Source: Nanobdellota archaeon (GTDB lineage Archaea; Nanobdellota; Nanobdellia; Pacearchaeales; GW2011-AR1). From it: a stretch of 50,988 nt of DNA. Below, piece by piece: positions 1-9,079 of the stretch. Made by a program: the position numbers and the translations under genes. Each line of letters opens with the position of its first letter. Position 1 is the stretch's first letter. The stretch lies in the NCBI GenBank assembly GCA_018818285.1, contig JAHIRT010000030.1:1-50988 (forward strand), read 5' to 3'. The notes below the pieces were generated by a model that was not told where the DNA came from, did not search any database, and was given only the letters and a program-made list of their open reading frames with translations.

Positions 1-76
1 CAACTAAAGAATTCTTTTCAAGAATCTCTTTAAATTTCCCATCTGAAACTTCTTCAACTCCATCTTTCTTTGCCAT
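1..76 (-). CDS. N-terminal fragment of a gene running off the left edge (possibly thioredoxin-like)
   Basis: ATG at 76..74 and the frame stays open to position 1: MAKKDGVEEVSDGKFKEILEKNSLV. Only ~25 codons are visible, so the family is a guess. Confidence 0.3.
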   Translation of the reverse strand, partial: MAKKDGVEEVSDGKFKEILEKNSLV

Positions 77-273
77 TTTATTCTTTTACCATATAAGAAC
101 ATAAAAACTTTGAGAAATTTAAGTTAATAAATGTTTCTAAAAAAGACTTTATAAATTTAGTGGGAGGTTAGGGTTTTGAAGAAAATTTATTTATTTTTAA
201 TAAAGATATATTGCAACTTTGCTTTTGGATAAAGTTTTCTTAATCTTTTTAATTCTATTATGCTATAGTTAAC

Positions 274-357
274 AGGATTTAATTTATAAGAAGTAGTTGT
301 TGATTAAAACACAACAACAAGAGAAAGAATTAAAAAGAGGAGGCTCTTTTATTTTTT
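274..357 (+). repeat. Copy 1 of an ~85-nt intergenic module (hairpin GTTGTTG-N9-CAACAAC plus A-rich promoter/leader), ending at the btpA-like ATG
   Basis: About 90% identical by eye to 2896..2982: AGGATTTAATTTATAAGAAGTAGTTGTTGA..CAACAACAA.AGAAAGAATTAAAAAGAGG..CTCTTTT.TTTTT. Confidence 0.8.
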
Positions 358-1164
358 ATGAATTTAAAAAAAAGGCTGAAAGAAGAAAAGAAAGTTATTA
401 TTGGGATGATACATGTTCCAGCTCTTCCTGGAACACCTAAAAATACCTTATCAAAAAAAGAGATAATTAATAAATGTATAAAAGAAGCCAAAATATATAA
501 GAAACATGGATTGAAGGTAGTAATGATAGAGAACATGCATGATATTCCTTATACAAAGAACATAAGTCATGAAATAACTAAAATAATGGCTGTAATAGGA
601 AAAGAAGTTAAAAAATTAGGACTTTACTGTGGAATACAAATATTAGCAGCAGCAAATAAACAGGCAATGGAAGCTGCAAAAATAGCAGGATTAGATTTTA
701 TTAGAGCAGAAGGATTTGTTTATGCTCATATAGCAGATGAAGGTTATATAGAATCTTGTGCAGGGGATTTATTAAGATATAGAAAAGCAATTGATGCTGA
801 AGATGTTCTTGTGTTTACAGACATCAAAAAGAAACATTCTTCCCATGCCATAACTTCAGATGTAAACATAGCTGAAACAGCCCGTACAGCAGAATTCTTC
901 TTATCTGATGGAGTTATAGTTACAGGTACATCAACAGGAATAGAAGCAAATCTAGAAGAAGTTAAACAAGTTAAGAAAGCAGTAAAAATTCCAGTACTAA
1001 TCGGTTCAGGAATCACAGATAAAAATTTGAAAAATTACTTTCCTTACGCAGATATATTTATTGTTGGTTCATTCATTAAAAAAGATAAAGATTGGAAAAA
1101 TGAATTAGATGAAAATAATATTAAAGCTTTAATTAAAGAGTTTGATAAATTAAATAACAAATGA
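358..1164 (+). CDS. BtpA/SgcQ-family TIM-barrel protein
   Basis: 268-aa ORF with VIIGMIHVPALPGTP near the N-terminus and PVLIGSGIT near the C-terminus, as in the BtpA family. ATGA overlap with the next gene. Confidence 0.7.
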   Translation: MNLKKRLKEEKKVIIGMIHVPALPGTPKNTLSKKEIINKCIKEAKIYKKHGLKVVMIENMHDIPYTKNISHEITKIMAVIGKEVKKLGLYCGIQILAAANKQAMEAAKIAGLDFIRAEGFVYAHIADEGYIESCAGDLLRYRKAIDAEDVLVFTDIKKKHSSHAITSDVNIAETARTAEFFLSDGVIVTGTSTGIEANLEEVKQVKKAVKIPVLIGSGITDKNLKNYFPYADIFIVGSFIKKDKDWKNELDENNIKALIKEFDKLNNK

Positions 1165-1766
1165 AACAAAAAATAATTTTAGCAACAACATCTCCGCGAA
1201 GACATGGGATTGCTCAGATAATGGGGTTGGAGTTTGATATTGTTCCTTCTAATTATGATGAAGACATGACATTAAATCTTTCTCCAAAAGAACTTGTTAA
1301 AAAATTTGCATATGGAAAGGCATTAGATGTTGCTAAAAGATTTAAGAAAGGAATTGTAATTGGTGTCGATACAATTGCAGTTTTCAGGGGAAGAAATTTA
1401 GGAAAACCAAAAAACAAAGCAAATGCAATTAGGATGTTAAAAAGTTTTTCAAATAAAAAGCAACAAGTTTATTCTGGAGTTGCATTAATTGATTGTGCAA
1501 CTGGAAAGGCAATAAAAGACTATGAGATGACTGAGCTTCAGTTTAGGAAATTAAGTGATTTTGAAATAAAAAAATATGTTGCTACAGGAAAACCTTTAGA
1601 TAAAGCAGGAGCTTATGGGATTCAGGATTTAGCTTCAATTTTTATTAAGAAAATTAATGGATGTTATTTTAATGTAATGGGATTTCCTGTTTATAATATT
1701 TATAAGAATCTAAAGAAGATGAAAGTGAATATTTTCCAGTATGAAGGGTGGAGGGGGCGGAACTAG
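1161..1766 (+). CDS. maf: Maf-like nucleoside triphosphate pyrophosphatase
   Basis: ILATTSPRR, GVDTIAV and KAGAYGIQD motifs; about 200 aa, typical of Maf. Confidence 0.85.
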   Translation: MKQKIILATTSPRRHGIAQIMGLEFDIVPSNYDEDMTLNLSPKELVKKFAYGKALDVAKRFKKGIVIGVDTIAVFRGRNLGKPKNKANAIRMLKSFSNKKQQVYSGVALIDCATGKAIKDYEMTELQFRKLSDFEIKKYVATGKPLDKAGAYGIQDLASIFIKKINGCYFNVMGFPVYNIYKNLKKMKVNIFQYEGWRGRN

Positions 1767-1772
1767 AGATTA

Positions 1773-2291
1773 TTAATCTCCCCTAGTTTGATACCTATAT
1801 TCCTCGCTTTCTTTAAATCCTCTTGCTATTTCTTCAACTAAATCTTGAGCAGATCCATTTTCTCCCCGATTTAAGGTGAGTTCAAGTTCTTCTCTTTTTT
1901 CATAATACCAAGTGTCTGCTCTTCTTTTAAGCTCTTCCAATCTTTTTACTTCTTTAGGCACAACTGATCTAGCGATTTCAAGTGCCCTTTCTAATGTTCC
2001 TACTTTTTCTGTATACTCTAGTAGTTTATCAAATCTCCTATATTTTTTTGCAAGGTATAGGATCATTTCAACATCTTTACTTTCTTCTGCAATTTCAATT
2101 GCCCTATCAGAATCTCCGCTTAAATCTGCAATTTCACAAGCAGTTCTTAGCATTCTTCTCTTTTGGTAGTCTAAGATTGTTGATTCAATAAATTCTGGGA
2201 GGATGTCTTTTTCTCCTTCTTTCAGCAATTCATAAACTATTTCGCTTCTTGATTCTGGCCTTAGGTGTTTTAGTAATTTGTTTGATTCCAT
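1773..2291 (-). CDS. Hypothetical alpha-helical repeat protein
   Basis: 172-aa ORF with a strong GGAGG about 10 nt upstream of the ATG. Charged helical composition, no recognised motif. Confidence 0.5.
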   Translation of the reverse strand: MESNKLLKHLRPESRSEIVYELLKEGEKDILPEFIESTILDYQKRRMLRTACEIADLSGDSDRAIEIAEESKDVEMILYLAKKYRRFDKLLEYTEKVGTLERALEIARSVVPKEVKRLEELKRRADTWYYEKREELELTLNRGENGSAQDLVEEIARGFKESEEYRYQTRGD

Positions 2292-2300
2292 CTTTAATTT

Positions 2301-2366
2301 CCTCCTCTTGTTTCCGGATAATTCTCCGGCTCTGTGTGAAGCCCTGAGTAGCTCAGGTCTGTGTGA
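2301..2366 (-). promoter_or_regulatory. Structured GC-enriched 5' leader of gene 1773..2291
   Basis: Hairpins CCGG(2314-2317)/CCGG(2326-2329) and CCTGAG(2343-2348)/CTCAGG(2352-2357). The second is flanked by direct repeats TCTGTGTGA (2331-2339, 2358-2366). GGAGG sits at 2301-2307 on the minus strand. Confidence 0.35.
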
Positions 2367-2491
2367 GTTTTCATTTTAATTTTTAATAAAAATAAGGTTA
2401 TAATAATATGTTGTAGACTTTACCACAACAATAATTTATATGATTAAATTTGAATATTATTATAGCGACTTAATCGCAGGAGCACGACGCA

Positions 2492-2911
2492 ATGAAGCAA
2501 CTCAGAAAACAAAACTTGGAAGGATATACAAGAGCAAGAGAAATCATCGATAGATTGTTTACTCCAGAACATTTTCCAATAGTGTCTCAAAGAAATCTAG
2601 AAAAAGGTGAAGTATATACTACTTGTGAGAATATCTATGTCCTAGTTAATAAAAAGACAGGACAGAAAACAAGATACAGGCTTGTAGCAAAAGATTTTAC
2701 CTGCACTTGTGGTTGTAAAATAACAGGAGAAGCAGAAACAATAGTGAGAGTAGAGCCAGAATACAACATCATCCTTCTATGGAGGAACGATAAAATTTGG
2801 GGAAGTAAAAATAACAAGAGAGATGGTGGAGAAAGACAAGTTCACCCCGAATTTTGGAATTTAGTTGATGGCGCCATCAATGAAGACTTCAGAATAGGAT
2901 TTAATTTATAA
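2492..2911 (+). CDS. Hypothetical protein with a CTCGC cysteine cluster
   Basis: 139-aa ORF preceded by AGGAG about 10 nt upstream. Its last 5 codons and stop lie inside repeat copy 2. Confidence 0.45.
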   Translation: MKQLRKQNLEGYTRAREIIDRLFTPEHFPIVSQRNLEKGEVYTTCENIYVLVNKKTGQKTRYRLVAKDFTCTCGCKITGEAETIVRVEPEYNIILLWRNDKIWGSKNNKRDGGERQVHPEFWNLVDGAINEDFRIGFNL

Positions 2912-2982
2912 GAAGTAGTTGTTGACTAAAAACCAACAACAAAAGAAAGAATTAAAAAGAGGGAACTCTTTTGTTTTTTATT
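2896..2982 (+). repeat. Copy 2 of the ~85-nt intergenic module, ending at the dcd ATG
   Basis: Direct repeat of 274..357. Hairpin stem GTTGTTG/CAACAAC is retained while the loop differs. Confidence 0.8.
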
Positions 2983-3486
2983 ATGATACTAACAAAACCT
3001 GAAATCTTGAAATTAATAAAAAAAGGAAAAATTAAGATAACCCATTTTAATCAGTCTGCAATAGGACCTGCGTCAATTGATTTAACTCTTGATAATAAAA
3101 TAAGAATCTTCTCATTGAAATCTCCTCAAATCGTCGAGGAAAATGTAAACTATCACAAAATAACCAGAATAAAGGACATTTCTAAAGGTTATATGCTAAA
3201 ACCTGGGGAGTTGGTGCTAGGAATAACAAAAGAAAAAATAACTCTTCCTGAAAATATTTGTGGTTGGCTTAATTCAAGGTCGAGATTTGCAAGAATCGGT
3301 TTAATGTCTCATATCACTGCTCCGTTTGTCTGTCCGGGAGTTTCAAATAATCAGATATTAGAAATATTTAATTCATCAAAACATAAAATAAAATTAATTC
3401 CTAACACAAGAATTTGCCAGTTGGTTTTACAAGAATGCAAAGGAAAGGCAAAATATGAAGGAATCTTCAAAAATCAGAAATTATAA
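2983..3486 (+). CDS. dcd: dCTP deaminase (dUTPase superfamily)
   Basis: GPASIDLTL and NSRSRFARIGL motifs. Start moved from the TTG at 2971 to the ATG at 2983. Confidence 0.8.
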   Translation: MILTKPEILKLIKKGKIKITHFNQSAIGPASIDLTLDNKIRIFSLKSPQIVEENVNYHKITRIKDISKGYMLKPGELVLGITKEKITLPENICGWLNSRSRFARIGLMSHITAPFVCPGVSNNQILEIFNSSKHKIKLIPNTRICQLVLQECKGKAKYEGIFKNQKL

Positions 3487-3487
3487 A

Positions 3488-4213
3488 ATGAACTTTGAAA
3501 CAACTCGAGAGACATTAAAAAGAATTGGCCTTGGGCATAATGAATCTAAGATTTATCTGACTTTGCTGAAACTTGGACCTTCGATGGCAGGCAGGATTGC
3601 AAAAGAGTCGAACATAGACAGAAGTGCGTGCTATGATTCCTTGAAAGCTCTTTTGAAAAAAGGTATTATTAAATATGCAATTGAGGCAAACAGAAAAAAG
3701 TTTTCTGCAGAACCTCCAAGGACATTGCTTAATTTTCTCGACGAGAAAAGAGATTTAATTAGTAACATTCTTCCTGATTTGGAAAAATCATACAATAAAG
3801 AAGCAGAAAAATCTAACCTCACGATGTATAAAGGATTCAAGGGTTTGAAATCTGTTTTTGAAGATTTATTACAAAATGCAAAGGAAAACCTTGTTATTGA
3901 TTCTTCTGGAAAATTCGTGGAAAAAATGCCTTATTATGCTCCGCATTTTATCAGGGGTCTTGAGAAAAATAGAATTAAAGTTAAACATTTGGTAAGAAGA
4001 GATAAGAAATTACATCCTTCTAAAACCACAGAGATAAGGTATCTTCCAAAAAAAATGAAAGAGACTGTGATTACAACAAACATTTATTCTGGAAAAATTG
4101 CGCTTATTCTCTGGACAGATGTCCCAGAGGCAATCATCATTAGAAATAAAGAAGCTTACGAATCATTTAAAGATTATTTTGAAATTTTATGGAAGCAGGG
4201 AAGAAAGAAATAG
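3488..4213 (+). CDS. TrmB-family transcriptional regulator
   Basis: N-terminal winged HTH: NESKIYLTLLKLGPSMAGRIAKESNIDRSACYDSLKALLKKGII. Start moved to the ATG at 3488, directly after the dcd stop. Confidence 0.7.
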   Translation: MNFETTRETLKRIGLGHNESKIYLTLLKLGPSMAGRIAKESNIDRSACYDSLKALLKKGIIKYAIEANRKKFSAEPPRTLLNFLDEKRDLISNILPDLEKSYNKEAEKSNLTMYKGFKGLKSVFEDLLQNAKENLVIDSSGKFVEKMPYYAPHFIRGLEKNRIKVKHLVRRDKKLHPSKTTEIRYLPKKMKETVITTNIYSGKIALILWTDVPEAIIIRNKEAYESFKDYFEILWKQGRKK

Positions 4214-4428
4214 AGTTAATTTTTAGACGATAATTAATTTTATAAAGCGTTCTAAAAATGAAATTAGATGAAAGAAAGCCAGAAAACAATTCAACACCCA
4301 ATTGAAATTAGGTCTGGAATAGAACTTTATGGGGAAATTGGGTAAAGTTCTCTTCAATTCCAGGAGAAATTAATCGAGGAGGGTGTTTTATACTCTAAGA
4401 GGAAAAATTAGTAGATGTTGGGGGTTTT

Positions 4429-4758
4429 TTAATACTTAAATCTTCTTTCATAATCTTTATGGCTCATCCATTCAAGAATAATGGACAAAATACATATTTG
4501 CCCATTTGCAACAGAATAAATAAGTCTCCATCCTTTTGGTAGATCATATTTCCAAAGATTGTCAATATGATATTTCTCTATGTAAATGTTTGGGATTAAT
4601 TTCTTTTGTATCCTTATTCCACAAAAAGCATTTTCTTTTAAATCTTCGAATGCCCTGCATATCCATTTGTAAAGTAGTTTATCTTCAGATTTTTAATCTT
4701 TTAATTCTTCAAAATTTTTCTTTACTTTTTCATCTGCAAAATTTATTTCTGAGTTCAT
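4429..4758 (-). pseudogene. RelE/ParE-superfamily type II toxin interrupted by one in-frame TAA (4693..4695)
   Basis: My translation: MNSEINFADEKVKKNFEELKD*KSEDKLLYKWICRAFEDLKENAFCGIRIQKKLIPNIYIEKYHIDNLWKYDLPKGWRLIYSVANGQICILSIILEWMSHKDYERRFKY*. The ATG overlaps the upstream stop as ATGA. Not in the ORF track because of the internal stop. Confidence 0.55.
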
Positions 4759-5039
4759 TTTTTCCATTTTAAATGTGGCTTAGATAAATATTTTTTTACT
4801 AATTCTGGATTCCAAATCCAAACAATATGCCCTTCTGCATCTTGAGCAATTTTTCCAGATTCTGAAAGATAATCAAAAATTACACAAAAGGTTTGGTAAA
4901 TCATTTTTTTAGGTAAATTTTCCCATAAAGATTTTTTCTTGTATTCCCCAGAGTTTTCTCTAATAAAATCTTCCATTCTTAGAATAGTATCTAATTGGGG
5001 GTAATGCAAAATATTTTTCTCTAACATTGCTTGTGGCAT
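4755..5039 (-). CDS. Putative antitoxin / small wHTH-like partner of the toxin
   Basis: 94-aa ORF immediately upstream of the toxin frame and overlapping it. Operon architecture is typical of type II TA loci. Confidence 0.45.
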   Translation of the reverse strand: MPQAMLEKNILHYPQLDTILRMEDFIRENSGEYKKKSLWENLPKKMIYQTFCVIFDYLSESGKIAQDAEGHIVWIWNPELVKKYLSKPHLKWKK

Positions 5040-5253
5040 GGTTATACATACTTGTATAACTACTTAAATCTTTTGATTAAGTTTTTCTTTTTCCTATTAT
5101 CAAAATCTAAAAATTGACCTTAACATCTGGGATAAGGAAAGTTTTCTAAAACAAGAGAATGTAATATCCCTGAAAAAATCTTAATTTTTGAGATGTGTGA
5201 TTTTCGCAAACATCAATAAAGAATATAAAGTCTTCTTTGGATAATTTATAATC

Positions 5254-7518
5254 ATGGCAAAAAGAAAGTTTGAAAAAGAAAATAATTATGTTCCTTTAGA
5301 TAAAGATGATTTAAAGAGGGCATTGGAAATTCCTGTGAAAAATGTAGATGAATCTACTTTGATAAAAATTGATAAAAAAGGAAAGAAAACAAAAATTGGA
5401 AAACTTAAAACAAGGAATATTGAAGAGGAAGTTGAAACAATTGATAAACTTCCAATTATTAAGGGAGATTATGAAATTATTATTTCTGAGAAACCACAAG
5501 CATCTGAAAAAATAGCTTGTGCATTAGGAAGTCCAAAAAAAAGGTCTGAACGAGGTGTTAGTTATTATGAACTTGAAAGAGGTGGCAGGAAAATAATAGT
5601 TGCGTGTGCTGTTGGGCATTTGTTTAATCTTAAGTCAGAAGAAAAAGGCTGGCCTATTTTTAAAATAGATTGGGAGCCAAGTTTTAAATTAAAGAATAAT
5701 ACTTGGAGCAAGAAATATTATGATTTGCTGAAAAAACTTTGCAAAAATGCAAAAGAGTTTGTTGTTGCTACAGATTATGATATTGAAGGAGAGGTTATTG
5801 GACTAAACATCCTTAGATTTTTATGCAAGAAGAAAGATGCAAAAAGAATGAAGTTTTCAACTCTTACAAAAGCAGAACTTGAAGAATCATATAAAAATCT
5901 TGAAAAGACAATAAATTGGGGAAATGCAATTGCAGGAGAAACAAGGCATTTTCTTGACTGGATGTATGGTATAAATCTTTCAAGGGCTTTAATGGAGTCA
6001 ATAAAAAAAGTAGGTTCTTTTAAAATAATGTCTTCAGGAAGAGTTCAGGGACCTTCACTTGATTTAATTGTTAATAGAGAATTAGAAATAAAAAAATTCA
6101 AACCAAAACCATATTGGCAGATTTTTATAAAATTAAAAGGGCACGACATATTACTGAAATATATAAGAGATATTAAAGACAAGAAAGAGCTTGAAAAATT
6201 CAAAGATTTAAAAAATAAAGAAGGCATAGCAGAAACAAAAAAAGAAAAAAGAAATCTTGCTCCTCCTGTTCCATTTGATTTAACAAGTTTGCAAAGAGAA
6301 GCTTACAGACTTTACAAAATAACTCCTTCAAGAACTTTGCAAGTAGCTCAGAGTCTTTACTTGGATGGACTCATATCTTATCCAAGAACATCAAGCCAGA
6401 AAATTCCTGAAGCAATTAACCCAAAGAAAATTCTTGAAAAATTAAAGAGTGTTTTCAAAGAAGTAAAATATGCTGTAAGAAGCAGTCCAATAGAAGGAGG
6501 AAAGTCAGACCCTGCGCATCCTTCAATATATCCTACAGGAGAAATAGGAAAATTAAGCGGGGAAAAAGAAAAAATGTACAATATAATTAGAAGGAGATTT
6601 ATCTCGTGTTTTTGCGAAGACTTAGAATTAGAGGATAAAAAGATTTTATTTGTTGTAGACAATTTAAAGTTTAATGCAAAGGGTTTGGAAATTCTAAATA
6701 AAGGATGGCTTAATGTTTATCCTGCAATTATTGAAGAAAAAGAAATTGAAGATATTAATGGAAAGAAAAAAATAGAGAAATTAAATATTGAAGAAAAAGA
6801 AACGCGTCCTCCAAAAAGATTTACTCCAGCGTCAATAATTACAGAGCTTGAAAAAAGAAATCTTGGAACAAAGGCAACGCGTGCAGGGATAATTGAAACT
6901 CTTTACAGCAGGAATTATATAAAAGAGCAATCAATCAGAGCAACATCTCTTGGAATAAGTCTTATATCAATTTTGAAAAAATATTCTCCAATAATAATTG
7001 ATGAAAAATTAACAAGGCATTTTGAAAAAGAAATGCAGGCAATACAAGATGCTAAGAAAAATATTTTAAATTTGCAGGACCAAACCATAAAAGAAGCTAA
7101 AAAAACTTTAATAAAAATATCAGAAGATTTTAAGAAAAATGAAGAAAAAATTGGGAAAGGATTAGTAAAAGCAACTAAGGAAGGTTATAAGGAAGAGAGA
7201 AAAGAGAACACTCTTGAAAAATGCGGTGTGTGCAAAAAAGGCAATTTGAGAATTATATATAATCCGAGATTTAAAAGAAGTTTTATAGGTTGTTCAGGTT
7301 ATCCAGAATGCAGGACAACTTATCCTCTTCCTCCAGGAGCAATAAAAAAAACAGACAAGGTTTGTGACAAATGTGGTTTTCCTTTGTTAATGAGACTTAT
7401 GAAAGGAAAGCGTCCATGGATTTTTTGTTTTAATAAAGAATGTGAAAGCAGGAAAGAAGAGGATAAGGAAAAAGCAGGATATAAAAAAAATTATAAACAT
7501 AAAAAACTTTTGAAATAA
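5254..7518 (+). CDS. topA: DNA topoisomerase I (type IA) with C-terminal zinc ribbons
   Basis: Toprim IIISEKPQASEKIA and TDYDIEGE; catalytic-Tyr motif GLISYPRTSS; C-terminal CGVCKKG..CSGYPEC and CDKCG..C..EC. Confidence 0.9.
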   Translation: MAKRKFEKENNYVPLDKDDLKRALEIPVKNVDESTLIKIDKKGKKTKIGKLKTRNIEEEVETIDKLPIIKGDYEIIISEKPQASEKIACALGSPKKRSERGVSYYELERGGRKIIVACAVGHLFNLKSEEKGWPIFKIDWEPSFKLKNNTWSKKYYDLLKKLCKNAKEFVVATDYDIEGEVIGLNILRFLCKKKDAKRMKFSTLTKAELEESYKNLEKTINWGNAIAGETRHFLDWMYGINLSRALMESIKKVGSFKIMSSGRVQGPSLDLIVNRELEIKKFKPKPYWQIFIKLKGHDILLKYIRDIKDKKELEKFKDLKNKEGIAETKKEKRNLAPPVPFDLTSLQREAYRLYKITPSRTLQVAQSLYLDGLISYPRTSSQKIPEAINPKKILEKLKSVFKEVKYAVRSSPIEGGKSDPAHPSIYPTGEIGKLSGEKEKMYNIIRRRFISCFCEDLELEDKKILFVVDNLKFNAKGLEILNKGWLNVYPAIIEEKEIEDINGKKKIEKLNIEEKETRPPKRFTPASIITELEKRNLGTKATRAGIIETLYSRNYIKEQSIRATSLGISLISILKKYSPIIIDEKLTRHFEKEMQAIQDAKKNILNLQDQTIKEAKKTLIKISEDFKKNEEKIGKGLVKATKEGYKEERKENTLEKCGVCKKGNLRIIYNPRFKRSFIGCSGYPECRTTYPLPPGAIKKTDKVCDKCGFPLLMRLMKGKRPWIFCFNKECESRKEEDKEKAGYKKNYKHKKLLK

Positions 7519-7519
7519 A

Positions 7520-7726
7520 ATGCTAATAAAAAACTTGAGAGATGTTATAGGTGTTGATTTACCAGAAGATATAGAAATCACAGAAAGAACAAAACAAACA
7601 ATGGTTGAATGTGCTCAATCAGGGAGATATCTTATAGATAATGTAAGAATAGCAACAGGAAGAATTTTTACAGATAAAGAATATGAAGAAAGAAGAGAAA
7701 GAATATTATCTACTCCACTTCCTTAA
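7520..7726 (+). CDS. Hypothetical small protein
   Basis: 68-aa ORF starting 1 nt after the topA stop; no recognised motif. Confidence 0.35.
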   Translation: MLIKNLRDVIGVDLPEDIEITERTKQTMVECAQSGRYLIDNVRIATGRIFTDKEYEERRERILSTPLP

Positions 7727-7914
7727 TCTATTTATCCTATAATCTAGGAACCATCGCAGGTTTCTCTATCAAATCTTTTTGAACTGCGCCTAATTAAATC
7801 ATTAAAGGCTTTCCTATATAATTCTCCTTTCAAATTATTTGTAGATAATAATTTTTTTTCAATTGCACTTTGTAAAACTTTTTGATAAAAAGAATTAAAA
7901 TAAACTCTCTCGTC

Positions 7915-8148
7915 TTAATAATTTTTGGGACTTCTGTTTTCTCCTCCATCTTGTCTGTAAGTTATATAATAATAAACATTTGGAGATTTTCCAACTTCAA
8001 ATTCCGGATTATCTATTAAATCAGGGACTATAATTCCTACTAATTTATTTAATGAAGTTTTAAATTTAAACTTTTTTGATAATGGAGAAGCTATGCACTC
8101 TGGGATATTATGATTTAATAAATAACTCATTAAATCATCATTTGTCAT
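7915..8148 (-). CDS. Hypothetical protein; the frame stays open for 56 codons past its TAA
   Basis: 77-aa ORF. After the TAA at 7915..7917 the same frame is open down to the TAG at 7744..7746. Confidence 0.4.
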   Translation of the reverse strand: MTNDDLMSYLLNHNIPECIASPLSKKFKFKTSLNKLVGIIVPDLIDNPEFEVGKSPNVYYYITYRQDGGENRSPKNY

Positions 8149-8293
8149 ATCATTAACAGATTTTTCAGGAGTAAATACGAGAGTATATTTTTACTTTTTT
8201 CTAAACATTTTTTAAAATTTTGTTCCAGCAACGTATATAAAATAATAATAAATTGTTTAAATAATTTATTATTGCGGAGTATAAGTATTTATT

Positions 8294-9040
8294 TTAAAAT
8301 AATCTAAATGATTTTTTTATCCCCTCATTTGTTATAAAAAAACTTAATTCTTTTTCAGGCAGACTTCTATGTTTTTTTATTATTATTTTTCTTTTTCCTT
8401 TGTTGTTCTGCATTTCAATTATGCACTTGCTCCAGTATTTTAAAATATCACCTCCAACCATTTGAAACTCTTTTTGCTTTCCTTTTTCAAAATCTTCTTT
8501 TGATAAAAATTCAGAATAACCTTGGTTTGTTACAATTACTGGAATATTCATATTTCTTGAAATTTCTGCAAGAATTCTCATTTGTTTTGCAAGCTCTTGA
8601 TTTACTTCCTGAACTTTATTGCCTTCTTTGATTTTGCCTGCTTCAGCAAGTTCAAGCCGATACAACATAGCCATGCCATCAACTACAATCAAACCAATTT
8701 TTCCTTTTGATTTTATTTCTTTGAGCAATTTAGAAAAAATCTTTTTTTGCTCTTCAAATTTAACTGCTTTTAACAAGATTATATTTTTGAGAAATTTTTC
8801 ATAATCTTCTCCAGCAAGTTGCTTAAATCTTTCAATTGAAAATCCTCCTTCTGTATCTATGAATATAACTTTGCTTTCTTTTTTTGCCTGGCTTACAGCA
8901 GCCATTAAACAAAAATTTGTTTTTCCTGTTCCTGCAGGCCCGTAAATAGTTGTAATAATATCAACATCATATCCACCATAAAGAAACTTATTCAAATCAT
9001 AATTTCCTGAAGATATTTTTCTGAATTTTAAATTTTGCAT
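8294..9040 (-). CDS. radB: RadB/KaiC-like RecA-superfamily ATPase
   Basis: Walker A in IYGPAGTGKTNFCLMAA, Walker B LIVVDG, about 250 aa. Confidence 0.7.
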   Translation of the reverse strand: MQNLKFRKISSGNYDLNKFLYGGYDVDIITTIYGPAGTGKTNFCLMAAVSQAKKESKVIFIDTEGGFSIERFKQLAGEDYEKFLKNIILLKAVKFEEQKKIFSKLLKEIKSKGKIGLIVVDGMAMLYRLELAEAGKIKEGNKVQEVNQELAKQMRILAEISRNMNIPVIVTNQGYSEFLSKEDFEKGKQKEFQMVGGDILKYWSKCIIEMQNNKGKRKIIIKKHRSLPEKELSFFITNEGIKKSFRLF

Positions 9041-9079
9041 AGAATTAAGAGAAGTTAAAGATTAATAAGGATTTTGGTG

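Noticed and set aside
4268-4411. A 25-codon and a 21-codon plus-strand frame separated by an in-frame TAA downstream of the TrmB-like gene
   Set aside because: Both are too short and unremarkable to separate from chance, and I recognised no family pattern.
4693-4695. Stop-codon reassignment as the explanation for the in-frame TAA/TAG cases (4693, 7915, 47216)
   Set aside because: TAA and TAG cleanly terminate many conserved genes here at the expected protein ends (aRF1, radB, rpoL, topA, maf, the tRNA-binding domain). aRF1 also keeps a standard NIKS motif. Pseudogenes, sequence errors or rare readthrough are more parsimonious.
8244-8273. 11-bp perfect inverted repeat AATAATAAATT-N8-AATTTATTATT downstream of radB
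   Set aside because: The palindrome is made only of A/T in a very AT-rich spacer. It could be a terminator-like element but cannot be distinguished from low-complexity sequence.
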